From Candidatus Omnitrophica bacterium UBA6215 (GTDB taxonomy: Bacteria; Omnitrophota; Gorgyraeia; Pluralincolimonadales; Pluralincolimonadaceae), in the NCBI GenBank assembly GCA_002421665.1, contig DISH01000004.1:309109-373108 (forward strand): 64,000 nucleotides of DNA. Direction: 5' to 3'. Positions 47,081 to 56,733 of this stretch are shown one piece after another. Positions within the stretch are counted from its first letter, which is position 1. Every line of letters starts with the position of its first letter. The notes beneath the pieces are model-generated. The model did not search any database. It worked only from the letters and a program-made list of their open reading frames with translations, and was not told the origin of the DNA. The translations under genes and the position numbers were made by a program.

Positions 47081-50000
47081 TTGCATTTTAAGAACCTTGA
47101 ACTATTCGGTTTCAAGTCATTTGCCAACAAGACCGAGCTGAATTTTGAACCCGGCGTTACGGCGATAGTCGGCCCGAACGGCTGCGGTAAATCCAATATC
47201 TCCGACTCGATCAAATGGGTGCTCGGAGAAACCTCCGCCAGGGAAGTCCGCGGCACTAAGATGGAAGATGTCATCTTCAGCGGCACGGACGGAAAAGAAG
47301 CGCTTGGCTTTGCCGAAGTGTCCCTTACCATAGTAAACCAGCCAAAGATACTCCCTACAGAATACGACGAAGTTACCATTACCAGAAGGGTCTTCCGCTC
47401 CGGAGAGAGCGAATATTTTATCAACAAGACCCCGGTCAGGCTAAAAGATATCAACGAACTTTTTATGGGCACCGGCATCGGCACATCCACTTATTCCCTT
47501 ATGGAACAGGGCAGGATAGCCGAATTATTGGACTCGCGTCCCGAAGAAAGGCGCTATGTGTTCGAGGAGGCCGCCGGTATAACCAGGTACAAGGCCAAAA
47601 AGAAGGAGGCCTTAAGGAAACTTGAGCAGACAGAGGCGAACCTCCTCAGGGTAAGCGACGTAATCACGGAAGTCAAGCGCCAGATAAATTCCATAGAACG
47701 CCAGGCGAACAAGGCCAGGAAGTATAAAGATGATTTTGAGAAACTCAAAGAGATGGAAGTCTTGTCGGCTTCCAATGAATTCAAAAAACTAAAGAACGAG
47801 GAAGGCAGTATATATTCCGACAGGGATGCCCTTAAAACCAAAGAGGATGAGTTCAATGCCGCGATATCCGGCCTGGACTCGAAACTTGCGGGCCTCAGGA
47901 GCGAATTGGACAATGTTGATCACAGGCTTTCCGAGGCCAAGGCCAATGTTGTCAATATAGAGGGGCAGATAGAGAGGAACAGGGACAAGATAACATATAA
48001 TTCGGAGCGGACCGGCGAGTTCAATTCAAGGATATCTTCGATCGAGAAAGACCTTGTTGCAAACAGGGAAAGGCTCTCCGGCCTGGAAACCGAGGTTTCC
48101 AGGCTTGCGGCCGAATCAGGTATGTTCAAGACCAACGAAGAGAATAAGCGCAGAGAGATAGAAGAAAAGACGACCTATCTCGATTCTATAGCGGAAACAG
48201 TAAAAACCTGCCAGTCCAATATCGAAAAAGCGAAACTGTACATAGTTGATATAGCCCAGGGCCAGACAAGGGCCCACAACGAGCTTACCAAGCTGGTAGC
48301 CCATACCCAGCACCTCAGCTCCAGGCAGAGAAGGATAGAGGTGGAAAAGAGGAAGGTAGATGAAGAGAGGGCATGTGTTAACCAAAAATTGGGCGACTTG
48401 GTAATATCCATAGAAAAGATAAGCAAAGATATAGAAGAACTTAACTGGAAGAAGGCCCAAGCCGAGGGCAACCTCAGCAACCTGGATGAGGAGATCAACA
48501 AGCTGGAGATCGATCTCCAAGGGCTCAATTCAGAGCTGGCTACTTCTCAATCTAGGCTTGCTTTCCTTGAGGACCTTAAGGCTAAATATGAAGGTTTTTC
48601 GCTTGGCGTAAAAACCGTCCTGAAGGAAGTGGAAAAGGGTTCACCCGTATCGGATGGTGTTATTGGCGTAGTCGCCGATCTTATCGAGCCGTTCCAGGGC
48701 TACGACGGCGTGGTCGAAGCGGCCCTCGGGGATATGGTCCAGGCGGTCATAGTTAAAGATAAGGATACTGCCAAGAGGCTGATAAAATTCCTGGATGAAG
48801 GTTCTTTGGGCAGGGCGACTTTCATACCGCTTGAGGGTATCAACAGGCCCGAAAAAGGCAGCGATATAATGAATTATATCAAGGCAGGCGAGAATATCAA
48901 GCCGGTCATAGATTATATGCTCAGGAACACTTTTCTTTCCGAAGACCTTGAAGCTGCTTTTTCCGCTGCAGGCGATAACGCGAACGCCAGGCTCATTACC
49001 AGGAACGGAGAGGTTGTGGAGAAAGGGCTTTCAACAGGAGGAAAGATACCGAAGGCCGAAGGTTTCGGGCTTATCGGCAGGGACGCCAAGATAAAGGAGC
49101 TCAAGATAAGCACCGAGAACCTTAAGGTGCGGACTGAGAGCGCAGTCAGGGAACTCGGGGAAAAGAAGCAGACCAGAGATACCCTTGAGGCCGATACAAA
49201 GACCGTTGCCGAACAGATCCACCGGATACAGATAGATAATGCCAATAAGATCAGCGAAAAGTCCGGGCTTGATGATGCCATGACCAAGCTTACCGACGAA
49301 GAATCCCTGCTTAACCTAGAGCTCGATGAGGTAAAGTCGGAGATCGATACCTATGCTTTCAAGGAAGAAGAATTGAAGAAGGAGCTTGCTACCCTTAATG
49401 ACGAGGATTCCAAGGTCCAGGAGACGATAAAGTCCAACCAGGAGACGATATCCGTAAAGCTCAAGGAAAGGGAAGATACGCTTGTGCTCATCACCCAGCT
49501 CAAGACCGAGTTGGACCTGCTCAAGGACAAGGAGATTTCCGTGATCAACGCCCTTACGATGATGGGGCGTTCTCTTGAGGATGAGAAAAACGGTTATTTT
49601 GCGAAGGAGAGGGAACTGGAAGATTCCAGGAACAGGATTGCCGAGCTTGTCTCCGAATCGGACGTATTGTCAAAGAGGAACGACGAATTACTTGTCCTTA
49701 AGGCTTCCGCCGAGTCTGATTCCCAGAAGATAGTAGAGGAACGCAGGACCATAAGCGATACACTCGCCCATCTGGAGTCCGAGGTCAGGGAGAACCAGAA
49801 GTCCCTTAATGACCTTAGCGGACGCATACATGTGCTTGAAGTGAGGTCTACCGAGTTTGGTTACAAGAGGTCCAGCATAAAGGACAGGCTTCTGCAGGTC
49901 TATAAGGTAGAGGCGGACCTTGATCAGGTTGAGATCCCTGGTGATATCAATTGGGAAGAGACGAATACGAAGATGGAATTGCTTCGCGAAAAGCTGGAAC

Positions 50001-50620
50001 AGATGGGCCCGGTCAACCTTGTCGCGATAGACGAGCATAAAGAATTGCAGGAGCGCTTTACGTTCCTGACCACCCAGCAGCAGGACCTTTTGTCCGCCAA
50101 GGATGACCTGCATAAGGCCATAAATAAACTTAACAGGACTACCCGCGAGATGTTCATTGAGACTTTCCAGAAGATCCAGGCGGAGTTCAGGGATATGTTC
50201 AGGCTGTTGTTCGGGGGCGGCGACGCGGAACTCCTGCTGATAGATCAGGAGGATATACTCGAGAGCGGCATAGAGATCATAGCCAGGCCTCCCGGGAAGA
50301 AACCGCAGTCTATATCGCTGCTTTCGGGCGGCGAGAGGTCAATGACCGCCATCGCGCTGTTGTTCTCGATATTCAAAGTCAAGCCGAGTCCGTTCTGCGT
50401 AATGGATGAGATGGACGCGGCTCTTGACGAGGCGAATATAGACAGGTTCTGCAGGGTGCTTCGCGATTTTGTTAAGACATCTCAGTTCATAATAATAACG
50501 CATAACAAGAAGACGATTTCGGTTGCCGACGTTATGTATGGCATAACAATGGAGGAGTCGGGTGTATCGAAGATCGTTTCGGTTAAGTTTTCACAGGAGC
50601 TGGAAGCGAAGACGGCCTGA
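47081..50620 (+). CDS. smc: chromosome segregation protein SMC
   Basis: 1179 aa. Walker A GPNGCGKSN, long coiled coils, hinge, and C-terminal LSGGERSMTAIALLFSIF / DEMDAALDEAN. TTG start 8 nt after the GGGAGGGTG RBS. Confidence 0.9.
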   Translation: MHFKNLELFGFKSFANKTELNFEPGVTAIVGPNGCGKSNISDSIKWVLGETSAREVRGTKMEDVIFSGTDGKEALGFAEVSLTIVNQPKILPTEYDEVTITRRVFRSGESEYFINKTPVRLKDINELFMGTGIGTSTYSLMEQGRIAELLDSRPEERRYVFEEAAGITRYKAKKKEALRKLEQTEANLLRVSDVITEVKRQINSIERQANKARKYKDDFEKLKEMEVLSASNEFKKLKNEEGSIYSDRDALKTKEDEFNAAISGLDSKLAGLRSELDNVDHRLSEAKANVVNIEGQIERNRDKITYNSERTGEFNSRISSIEKDLVANRERLSGLETEVSRLAAESGMFKTNEENKRREIEEKTTYLDSIAETVKTCQSNIEKAKLYIVDIAQGQTRAHNELTKLVAHTQHLSSRQRRIEVEKRKVDEERACVNQKLGDLVISIEKISKDIEELNWKKAQAEGNLSNLDEEINKLEIDLQGLNSELATSQSRLAFLEDLKAKYEGFSLGVKTVLKEVEKGSPVSDGVIGVVADLIEPFQGYDGVVEAALGDMVQAVIVKDKDTAKRLIKFLDEGSLGRATFIPLEGINRPEKGSDIMNYIKAGENIKPVIDYMLRNTFLSEDLEAAFSAAGDNANARLITRNGEVVEKGLSTGGKIPKAEGFGLIGRDAKIKELKISTENLKVRTESAVRELGEKKQTRDTLEADTKTVAEQIHRIQIDNANKISEKSGLDDAMTKLTDEESLLNLELDEVKSEIDTYAFKEEELKKELATLNDEDSKVQETIKSNQETISVKLKEREDTLVLITQLKTELDLLKDKEISVINALTMMGRSLEDEKNGYFAKERELEDSRNRIAELVSESDVLSKRNDELLVLKASAESDSQKIVEERRTISDTLAHLESEVRENQKSLNDLSGRIHVLEVRSTEFGYKRSSIKDRLLQVYKVEADLDQVEIPGDINWEETNTKMELLREKLEQMGPVNLVAIDEHKELQERFTFLTTQQQDLLSAKDDLHKAINKLNRTTREMFIETFQKIQAEFRDMFRLLFGGGDAELLLIDQEDILESGIEIIARPPGKKPQSISLLSGGERSMTAIALLFSIFKVKPSPFCVMDEMDAALDEANIDRFCRVLRDFVKTSQFIIITHNKKTISVADVMYGITMEESGVSKIVSVKFSQELEAKTA

Positions 50621-50646
50621 AACAGCGGCGCTTGGAAGGATAAGCG

Positions 50647-51816
50647 TTATTTTGACCTGTAGACGCAGACTCTATTTTTCCCCGTTCTTTTTGCTTCGTA
50701 CAGTGCCATGTCAGCCAAATAGATCAATTTTTCTTTATCGAGCGCGTCTTCAGGGTAGGTAGCTATACCGGCGCTTAGGGTGAGGTTCTTGGTAGGTTGC
50801 ACTTCCTGGCCTTTGAATTGGAAACCTTCTATGGCCTGCCTGAGCACTTCCCCGATCTGGTAGGCAGGGTCCTTTGAAATCCCGGGAAGGACTACAGCAA
50901 ATTCCTCTCCGCCGTAGCGGGAAACGGTTCCTTTCCCGTCACAGGTGGCTTTCAATATCCGCGCGACATCCCTAAGGAGTTGGTCACCCATTTGATGGCC
51001 CAGGGTATCGTTGTAGTTCTTGAAGTTATCGATGTCGAACATTATCAGCGAAAGAGGTTTCCTGGATTCGTAGGCCTTCTTGAGGTCTTCTGTAAGGGAA
51101 TACTGGAAATAGCCGTGGTTCCACAGGCGAGTGAGCATATCTGTATTCGCCTGGTGGACAGTTTCCTCGTAGAGGCGTGAGTTCTCGATCGCCAGGCCTG
51201 CGTGGTTAGCGAACATCGTTAGCGTCCTTATGTCATCCTTGCCTATGGGTTTCTTAGTGAATATGTTATCGGCGAGGATAAGACCTATTACCTTGTCTTT
51301 TGCCCTTAGGGGTACGGTCACAAAATACTGTGTTTTAAGGGATTTCAAAACAGGATCGGTCTCGATGTTTTTCCTGGTGGATTCGTTGGTTATCTCAAAA
51401 CTCATGCCTTCAAGTACGGTCATGGCCAGGACTCCGGCGTCTTCGCGAAGAGGGACCCTTATGCTTCGGACTATCTTATCAAGCTCGGAACTCCCCTTTT
51501 TATAGAAACTGTACGCCGATATGAGGTCCTCGAGCGTCAACTGTTCCGAGGCGATCCTGCCCCATATACGTCCGGCTTCCTCTTCCGAATGAGGGCCGAT
51601 ACCCATTTTACCCTCGATAACGTTCTCTTCCTCATTCACGAGGAAGAGAACGGCCCTGTTGAATCCCAGGCCTTCGTGGGAGGTTACGCCCGTGAGGATG
51701 ATAAAAAGTATTTCATCCAGGTTGAGCGTTGAGCGCATCGCATTGCCGATCTCATAAAATATGGTCAGCTCTGCGCGTATCCTGTCAAGCATCTCTTGAA
51801 GCGATTTCTTTTCCAT
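50647..51816 (-). CDS. GAF-domain diguanylate cyclase (GGDEF)
   Basis: 389 aa. N-terminal GAF, C-terminal GGDEF with an intact RYGGEEF active site. The only credible minus-strand gene in the window. Confidence 0.85.
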   Translation of the reverse strand: MEKKSLQEMLDRIRAELTIFYEIGNAMRSTLNLDEILFIILTGVTSHEGLGFNRAVLFLVNEEENVIEGKMGIGPHSEEEAGRIWGRIASEQLTLEDLISAYSFYKKGSSELDKIVRSIRVPLREDAGVLAMTVLEGMSFEITNESTRKNIETDPVLKSLKTQYFVTVPLRAKDKVIGLILADNIFTKKPIGKDDIRTLTMFANHAGLAIENSRLYEETVHQANTDMLTRLWNHGYFQYSLTEDLKKAYESRKPLSLIMFDIDNFKNYNDTLGHQMGDQLLRDVARILKATCDGKGTVSRYGGEEFAVVLPGISKDPAYQIGEVLRQAIEGFQFKGQEVQPTKNLTLSAGIATYPEDALDKEKLIYLADMALYEAKRTGKNRVCVYRSK

Positions 51817-51879
51817 GATGGGCTAATGATACCCCAAGAAGGGGGCTTTGTCAAGGTAGCCTCCGCAATGGCTGTGGTC

Positions 51880-51908
51880 TTGACAAAAGGCCCCGTTTGG
51901 TATAAAAT
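51880..51908 (+). promoter_or_regulatory. sigma70-type promoter TTGACA-N17-TAAAAT driving the FMN riboswitch and rib operon
   Basis: -35 TTGACA 51880-51885 and -10 TAAAAT 51903-51908 (TATAAA also possible). The riboswitch starts about 10 nt downstream. Confidence 0.5.
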
Positions 51909-51916
51909 TATCCTGT

Positions 51917-52074
51917 TCTTCGGGAGGGGTGAAATTCCCCACTGGCAGTAAGGTCTCGCAAGAACGAGGTCAAGCCTGCGAGTCTTTGGCTGATTTGCTT
52001 CGCAAATCAATATGCCTGGGACAGATCCTGGGAAGTTCAGGAGCCAATAGTTAAAGTCTAGATGAGAGAAGACG
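51917..52074 (+). promoter_or_regulatory. FMN riboswitch (RFN element) aptamer
   Basis: CUUCGGGAGGGGUGAAAUUCCCCACUGGCAGUAAGGUCUCGCAAG ... CCAAUAGUUAAAGUCUAGAUGAGAGAAGACG matches the RFN consensus (GGUGAAAUUCC..ACCGGCGGUA.. and CAGUUAAAGUCUGGAUGGGAGA, with P1 CUUC/GAAG closure). It lies upstream of ribBA. Confidence 0.85.
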
Positions 52075-52120
52075 CATCGCGGCAGTTCTATTTGCCATAT
52101 TGCGCGGAATAATACCGTTA

Positions 52121-52149
52121 TCCCGAAGGTAAACCTTCGGGATTTTTTT
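52121..52149 (+). terminator. intrinsic terminator, expression platform of the FMN riboswitch
   Basis: Perfect 9-bp stem TCCCGAAGG/CCTTCGGGA with loop TAAA followed by T7. It sits 15 nt before the ribBA RBS AAGGAGA. Confidence 0.75.
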
Positions 52150-52163
52150 GTTTAAGGAGAAAA

Positions 52164-53363
52164 ATGTTCAATACCATCAAGCAGGCGATCGAGGATATCA
52201 GGAAAGGCAAAATGGTCATCGTTATTGATGACGAGGACAGGGAGAATGAGGGTGACCTTCTCATGGCCGCCGAATTCGTTACCCCGGATGCCATAAATTT
52301 CATGGCTAAATTCGGGCGCGGACTTGTTTGCGTGCCAATGGAAGAAAAGAGGCTTAATGCGCTCGGTATCGAAGTGCTATCGGAAACAGGAGGAGGTAAT
52401 TTCAATACCGGATGGGCGATGTCGATAGACCTGAAAGAGGGGGTCACTACCGGGATCTCGGCCCAGGACAGGGCCAGGACAATAAAGGCCCTTGCGGACC
52501 TGCGGTCGCAGCCGGATGATTTTAGCCGGCCCGGCCATATCTTCCCTCTCAGGGCTAAGGAAGGCGGCGTCCTGGTCAGGACAGGCCATACCGAGGCTGC
52601 CGTGGATCTGGCAAAACTTGCCAAATTAAAACCGGTTGGAGTGATATGCGAAATAATGAATGACGACGGCACGATGGCGCGTACGCCGCAGCTTACAGAT
52701 TTCGCGAAGAAACACAAGCTCAAAATTTGCACCATAGCCGATCTCATCAAATACAGGATGGCTTCCGAGAAACTCGTCCGCCTCATCGAAGAGACGCCGC
52801 TTCCCACTGAGTTCGGGGATTTCAGGTTGATGCTGTATGAATCCTTGATAGACGGGAAAGTCCACGTTGCCCTGGTTATGGGTAAATTGTCGGACAAGCC
52901 CGCCCTTGTAAGGGTCCATTCCGAGTGCTTGACCGGCGATGTCTTCGGTTCTATGCGTTGCGATTGCGGAGGACAGCTCAGGAACGCGCTTTCTATGATA
53001 AGTAAGGAAGGCCGCGGTGTACTACTTTACATGAGGCAGGAAGGCAGGGGTATAGGCCTGGAGAACAAGATCAAAGCCTACGCGCTCCAGGACAAGGGTC
53101 TCGATACTGTAGAGGCGAATAACGCCCTGGGTTTTGATGCGGACCTAAGGGACTACGGCATAGGTGCACAGATACTCGCTGACCTGGGGCTTAAGAAGAT
53201 ACGCTTGCTGACCAATAACCCCCAGAAGATAGTCGGCCTGGAAGGTTACGGGTTAAAGGTAACGGAGAGGGTCCATATCGAGATGCAGCCTAACCCGAAG
53301 AACGCGAGATATCTCAGGACGAAGAAGGAAAAACTCGGTCATGTACTTAGGAAGGTAAAATAA
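52164..53363 (+). CDS. ribBA: bifunctional 3,4-dihydroxy-2-butanone-4-phosphate synthase / GTP cyclohydrolase II
   Basis: 399 aa. The N-terminal DHBP synthase half ([11 protein letters not shown] motif) and the C-terminal GTP cyclohydrolase II half (CxCxxC zinc site [15 protein letters not shown]) are fused. Confidence 0.9.
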   Translation: MFNTIKQAIEDIRKGKMVIVIDDEDRENEGDLLMAAEFVTPDAINFMAKFGRGLVCVPMEEKRLNALGIEVLSETGGGNFNTGWAMSIDLKEGVTTGISAQDRARTIKALADLRSQPDDFSRPGHIFPLRAKEGGVLVRTGHTEAAVDLAKLAKLKPVGVICEIMNDDGTMARTPQLTDFAKKHKLKICTIADLIKYRMASEKLVRLIEETPLPTEFGDFRLMLYESLIDGKVHVALVMGKLSDKPALVRVHSECLTGDVFGSMRCDCGGQLRNALSMISKEGRGVLLYMRQEGRGIGLENKIKAYALQDKGLDTVEANNALGFDADLRDYGIGAQILADLGLKKIRLLTNNPQKIVGLEGYGLKVTERVHIEMQPNPKNARYLRTKKEKLGHVLRKVK

Positions 53364-53375
53364 AGGGAGGGTAAG

Positions 53376-53840
53376 ATGGTCAAGACGATCGAAGGGCAGT
53401 TGATCGCGAAAGGCAAGAAGTTCGCGATAGTTATTTCGAGGTTCAACGATTTCATCTCGAAAAGGCTTTTGGAGGGCGCTGTCGATACGCTTACGAGGCA
53501 CGGGGCCAAAGAGGCGGAGATAGAGGCGGTTTGGGTACCGGGTTCGTTCGAGATACCCGTTGTCGCCAACAGGCTGGCTAAGTCGAAGAAATTCGACGCC
53601 GTAATATGCCTTGGGGCGATAATAAAGGGTTCAACCCCTCATTTCGAATATGTATCCAGTGAAGCCGCTAAAGGTGTCGCCAAGGTATCTATCGATACGG
53701 GCGTACCTGTCATATTCGGGGTTATAACAGCCGATAACCTGGAACAGGCCATAGAGCGCGCCGGGACGAAGGACGGCAATAAAGGCCGCGATGCCGCCGT
53801 GTCCGCTATCGAGATGGCTAATCTCCTAGAGAATATCTAG
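53376..53840 (+). CDS. ribH: 6,7-dimethyl-8-ribityllumazine synthase
   Basis: 154 aa. [12 protein letters not shown] and [14 protein letters not shown] motifs. Confidence 0.9.
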   Translation: MVKTIEGQLIAKGKKFAIVISRFNDFISKRLLEGAVDTLTRHGAKEAEIEAVWVPGSFEIPVVANRLAKSKKFDAVICLGAIIKGSTPHFEYVSSEAAKGVAKVSIDTGVPVIFGVITADNLEQAIERAGTKDGNKGRDAAVSAIEMANLLENI

Positions 53841-53842
53841 AG

Positions 53843-54265
53843 ATGAGAAAGAGGACCCAGGCGCGTGAATGCGCGTTGCAGATACTCTACCAGGTTGATA
53901 TCAGGAAAGACCCTGTCGATAAACTCTTCCTTGATTTTTGGAGGGAGAATGAGGCCGAAGCGGAGATCTCGGATTTTGCCAACTCGCTGGTAATAGGTGC
54001 GCTTAAGAACTTGAAGGAGATAGACGAAACTATCTCGGCCTATGCCAGCAATTGGAAGCTCAGCCGCATGGCGGTCATAGACAGGAATGTCTTAAGGCTG
54101 GCTACTTATGAGCTGCTGTTCTGTCCCGATATCCCCCAGAAGGTCTCCATAAACGAGGCGGTAGACCTGGCAAAAAAATTCGGCGATATGGAATCGGGCA
54201 AATTTGTGAACGGCATACTGGACAAGATCAGCAAAGAAGAGGTCAAGGATGGAAAGGCAAGCTGA
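53843..54265 (+). CDS. nusB: transcription antitermination factor NusB
   Basis: 140 aa. ARE.ALQILYQ N-terminus. Conserved ribH-nusB linkage. Confidence 0.85.
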   Translation: MRKRTQARECALQILYQVDIRKDPVDKLFLDFWRENEAEAEISDFANSLVIGALKNLKEIDETISAYASNWKLSRMAVIDRNVLRLATYELLFCPDIPQKVSINEAVDLAKKFGDMESGKFVNGILDKISKEEVKDGKAS

Positions 54266-55073
54266 CCTTCATGTCCACACCAATCTCTCCGACGGGACTT
54301 TTACGCCGAGGGAAGTGGTCGAGAATGCCATGGAGACGGGCCTTTCATGCATAGCCATCACTGACCATGACTGCGTTGACGGGGTGGAACCCGCACGCAA
54401 GGCCGCGGGTAAGAAAGGTCCCGAGATAATTGCCGGCGTCGAGATGACCGCGCAAGAGGCGGGCAGGGAAGTCCATATACTTGGGTACTTCCCGGACCTG
54501 GAAGACACGCGTTTCCGGAACAGGCTTGAGGCTATCAGGAAGAAGAGGATCGACAGGGTATACAGGATAGTAGAGAAATTAAAAAAGTATAACATCACCC
54601 TCAGGCCCGAAGAGGTCTTTAAGGTGAGCGGCCCGGGATCAGTCGGAAGGATGCATATAGCTTCTGTCATGGAAGACAAGGGCTATGTCTCTTCGATCAA
54701 AGAGGCCTTCTCAAGATATATAGGCGATAAAGGACCTTGCTACGTTCCGCACTACGAGATCGCGGTAAGGGAAGCCATAGCCGAACTAAAGAAGGTCGGT
54801 TCCGTAGTCGTATATGCCCATCCCCAGTTGATGGGAGGGACTGACTTAGTAGATAAATTCGCCAAATATGGCCTCGACGGTATAGAGGTCTACCATTCCG
54901 AACAATCCAAGGCGGTGTCCAGTAGGCTTGCGGAGCTGGCAAAAGATAAGGGCCTTCTGATTACGGGAGGCTCCGACTGCCACGGTGCGAATAAGGGCAG
55001 TATGTTGATGGGAACGGTCACGGTCCCTTACAGTCTTGTGGAAAAATTAAAGGAATGCGCGAAGAAGACATAA
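54249..55073 (+). CDS. PHP-domain phosphoesterase (TrpH/YciV-like)
   Basis: 274 aa. DLHVHTNLSDG...AITDHD N-terminal metal-binding motifs and a C-terminal HP/HGxxD region of the PHP family. It is embedded between nusB and ribD, with 17- and 19-nt overlaps. Confidence 0.75.
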   Translation: MERQADLHVHTNLSDGTFTPREVVENAMETGLSCIAITDHDCVDGVEPARKAAGKKGPEIIAGVEMTAQEAGREVHILGYFPDLEDTRFRNRLEAIRKKRIDRVYRIVEKLKKYNITLRPEEVFKVSGPGSVGRMHIASVMEDKGYVSSIKEAFSRYIGDKGPCYVPHYEIAVREAIAELKKVGSVVVYAHPQLMGGTDLVDKFAKYGLDGIEVYHSEQSKAVSSRLAELAKDKGLLITGGSDCHGANKGSMLMGTVTVPYSLVEKLKECAKKT

Positions 55074-56092
55074 AATACATGAGATATGCCATAAAGCTTG
55101 CCTCGAAGGGGCTCGGCAAGACCAGTCCGAACCCGTGTGTAGGGGCGGTGGTAGTAAAGAATGGCAGGATAGCAGGCATCGGTTACCACAAGTTTGCCGG
55201 AGGCCCTCACGCCGAGGTATATGCGCTTAGACAGGCAGGAAAGAAGGCAAAAGGGGCTATACTTTATGTGTCGCTTGAACCATGCAGCCATTACGGGAAG
55301 ACCCCGCCTTGCGTTGACACTATAATCCGTTCCGGGATAAAAAGGGTTGTTGCGGCCATGAAGGACCCTAACCCGTTGAACAACGGCAGGGGGTTTGCCG
55401 CATTAAAAAAAGCCGGGGTAAGGACAGAGTGCGGGTTGTTGCGGGATGAAGCCTGCAAGATCAACGAGTCTTTTATTAAATTCGTCACGGAGGGAATGCC
55501 TTTTGTGACCGTTAAGGCCGCGCAGACCCTCGATGGTAAGATAGCCGCAAGGACAGGCGATTCCAGGTGGATATCAGGGGAAGCCTCGAGGAATCTTGTC
55601 CACAGGCTAAGGAGCCAAGTGGACGCGGTGATGGTAGGAATAGGCACCGTACGCAACGACGATCCTTTGCTTACCGCGAGGACCGGCAAAAAGAACAAGA
55701 GACAACCGTTAAGGGTAATCCTTTCCGGTTCGAGGGGGATATCTCGCCGCGCAAAAGTGCTTAACAGCAATGGCGGAGATGTCATTATCGCCATGCCTGA
55801 GCCCGGAACCGGTAGAGTCGCAATAAGACCTGTTTTGGCCATGCTTGCAGACCGCGGTGTGACAAGCGTGCTTATTGAAGGAGGCGGGGAGACCATAGCT
55901 TCCGCCTTCGAGGAAGGAGTCGTCGATAAAGTCTGTTTCTTTATTGCTCCAAAAATAATAGGGGGAAGGAATGCCAAGACGCCCGTTGAGGGCAAGGGCA
56001 TAGCCAGGGTAAATGATGCGATACGGCTTAGGGACATTACCTGTCGCAGGGTAGGCGCGGATTTCCTTATCGAAGGTTACGTGAGGAGATAG
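55055..56092 (+). CDS. ribD: bifunctional diaminohydroxyphosphoribosylaminopyrimidine deaminase / 5-amino-6-(5-phosphoribosylamino)uracil reductase
   Basis: 345 aa. N-terminal CMP/dCMP-type deaminase (HAE...PCxxC with SLEPCSHYGKTPPC) and a C-terminal RibD reductase domain. Confidence 0.9.
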   Translation: MREEDIKYMRYAIKLASKGLGKTSPNPCVGAVVVKNGRIAGIGYHKFAGGPHAEVYALRQAGKKAKGAILYVSLEPCSHYGKTPPCVDTIIRSGIKRVVAAMKDPNPLNNGRGFAALKKAGVRTECGLLRDEACKINESFIKFVTEGMPFVTVKAAQTLDGKIAARTGDSRWISGEASRNLVHRLRSQVDAVMVGIGTVRNDDPLLTARTGKKNKRQPLRVILSGSRGISRRAKVLNSNGGDVIIAMPEPGTGRVAIRPVLAMLADRGVTSVLIEGGGETIASAFEEGVVDKVCFFIAPKIIGGRNAKTPVEGKGIARVNDAIRLRDITCRRVGADFLIEGYVRR

Positions 56093-56093
56093 G

Positions 56094-56732
56094 ATGTTTA
56101 CTGGAATAATCGAAGAATTGGGGCTTGTGAAGGGATTTGACAAAAGGCGCGAGCCTTCATTGCTGTCGATAGAGGCCTCAAAGGTGGCCCGGGGCCTTAA
56201 AACGGGAGACTCTGTTTCGGTGAACGGCACGTGCCTTACCGTTGTTGATATCGACGGTAAGGTCTTTTCCGTGGAGGCCGTAAGGCAAACTCTGGAATTG
56301 ACCACGATAGGTCAGATTGAAACCGGCGACAGGGTCAACCTGGAGAGCGCATTGGCCGCGGGTTCCAGGATAGGAGGGCATTTCGTTACCGGTCATATCG
56401 ATTGCGCCGGAGAGATATCCTCACGTACTGACAAGAAAGCGGAGATATCTTTTAAGATAAATGCCGGCAAGGAGATAATGAAGGGCATAGTTAACAGGGG
56501 TTCGGTTGCGGTTGACGGCATAAGCCTTACCGTAGGAGATACGGGTAAAGACTATTTTATTGTATATGTCATACCTCATACCGCAAAGATGACGACGCTT
56601 GGCTTCAGGAAAGCGGGTGACAAAGTAAACATAGAGACGGATATACTTGGCAAATATGTTGAGAAATATACCTCCACGGATGAAAAATCGGGAATCACCA
56701 TGGAATTCCTGCGGGAAAAAGGTTTTGTCTAA
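56094..56732 (+). CDS. ribE: riboflavin synthase alpha subunit
   Basis: 212 aa. MFTGIIEELG N-terminus and the two lumazine-binding repeats. Confidence 0.9.
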   Translation: MFTGIIEELGLVKGFDKRREPSLLSIEASKVARGLKTGDSVSVNGTCLTVVDIDGKVFSVEAVRQTLELTTIGQIETGDRVNLESALAAGSRIGGHFVTGHIDCAGEISSRTDKKAEISFKINAGKEIMKGIVNRGSVAVDGISLTVGDTGKDYFIVYVIPHTAKMTTLGFRKAGDKVNIETDILGKYVEKYTSTDEKSGITMEFLREKGFV

Positions 56733-56733
56733 G

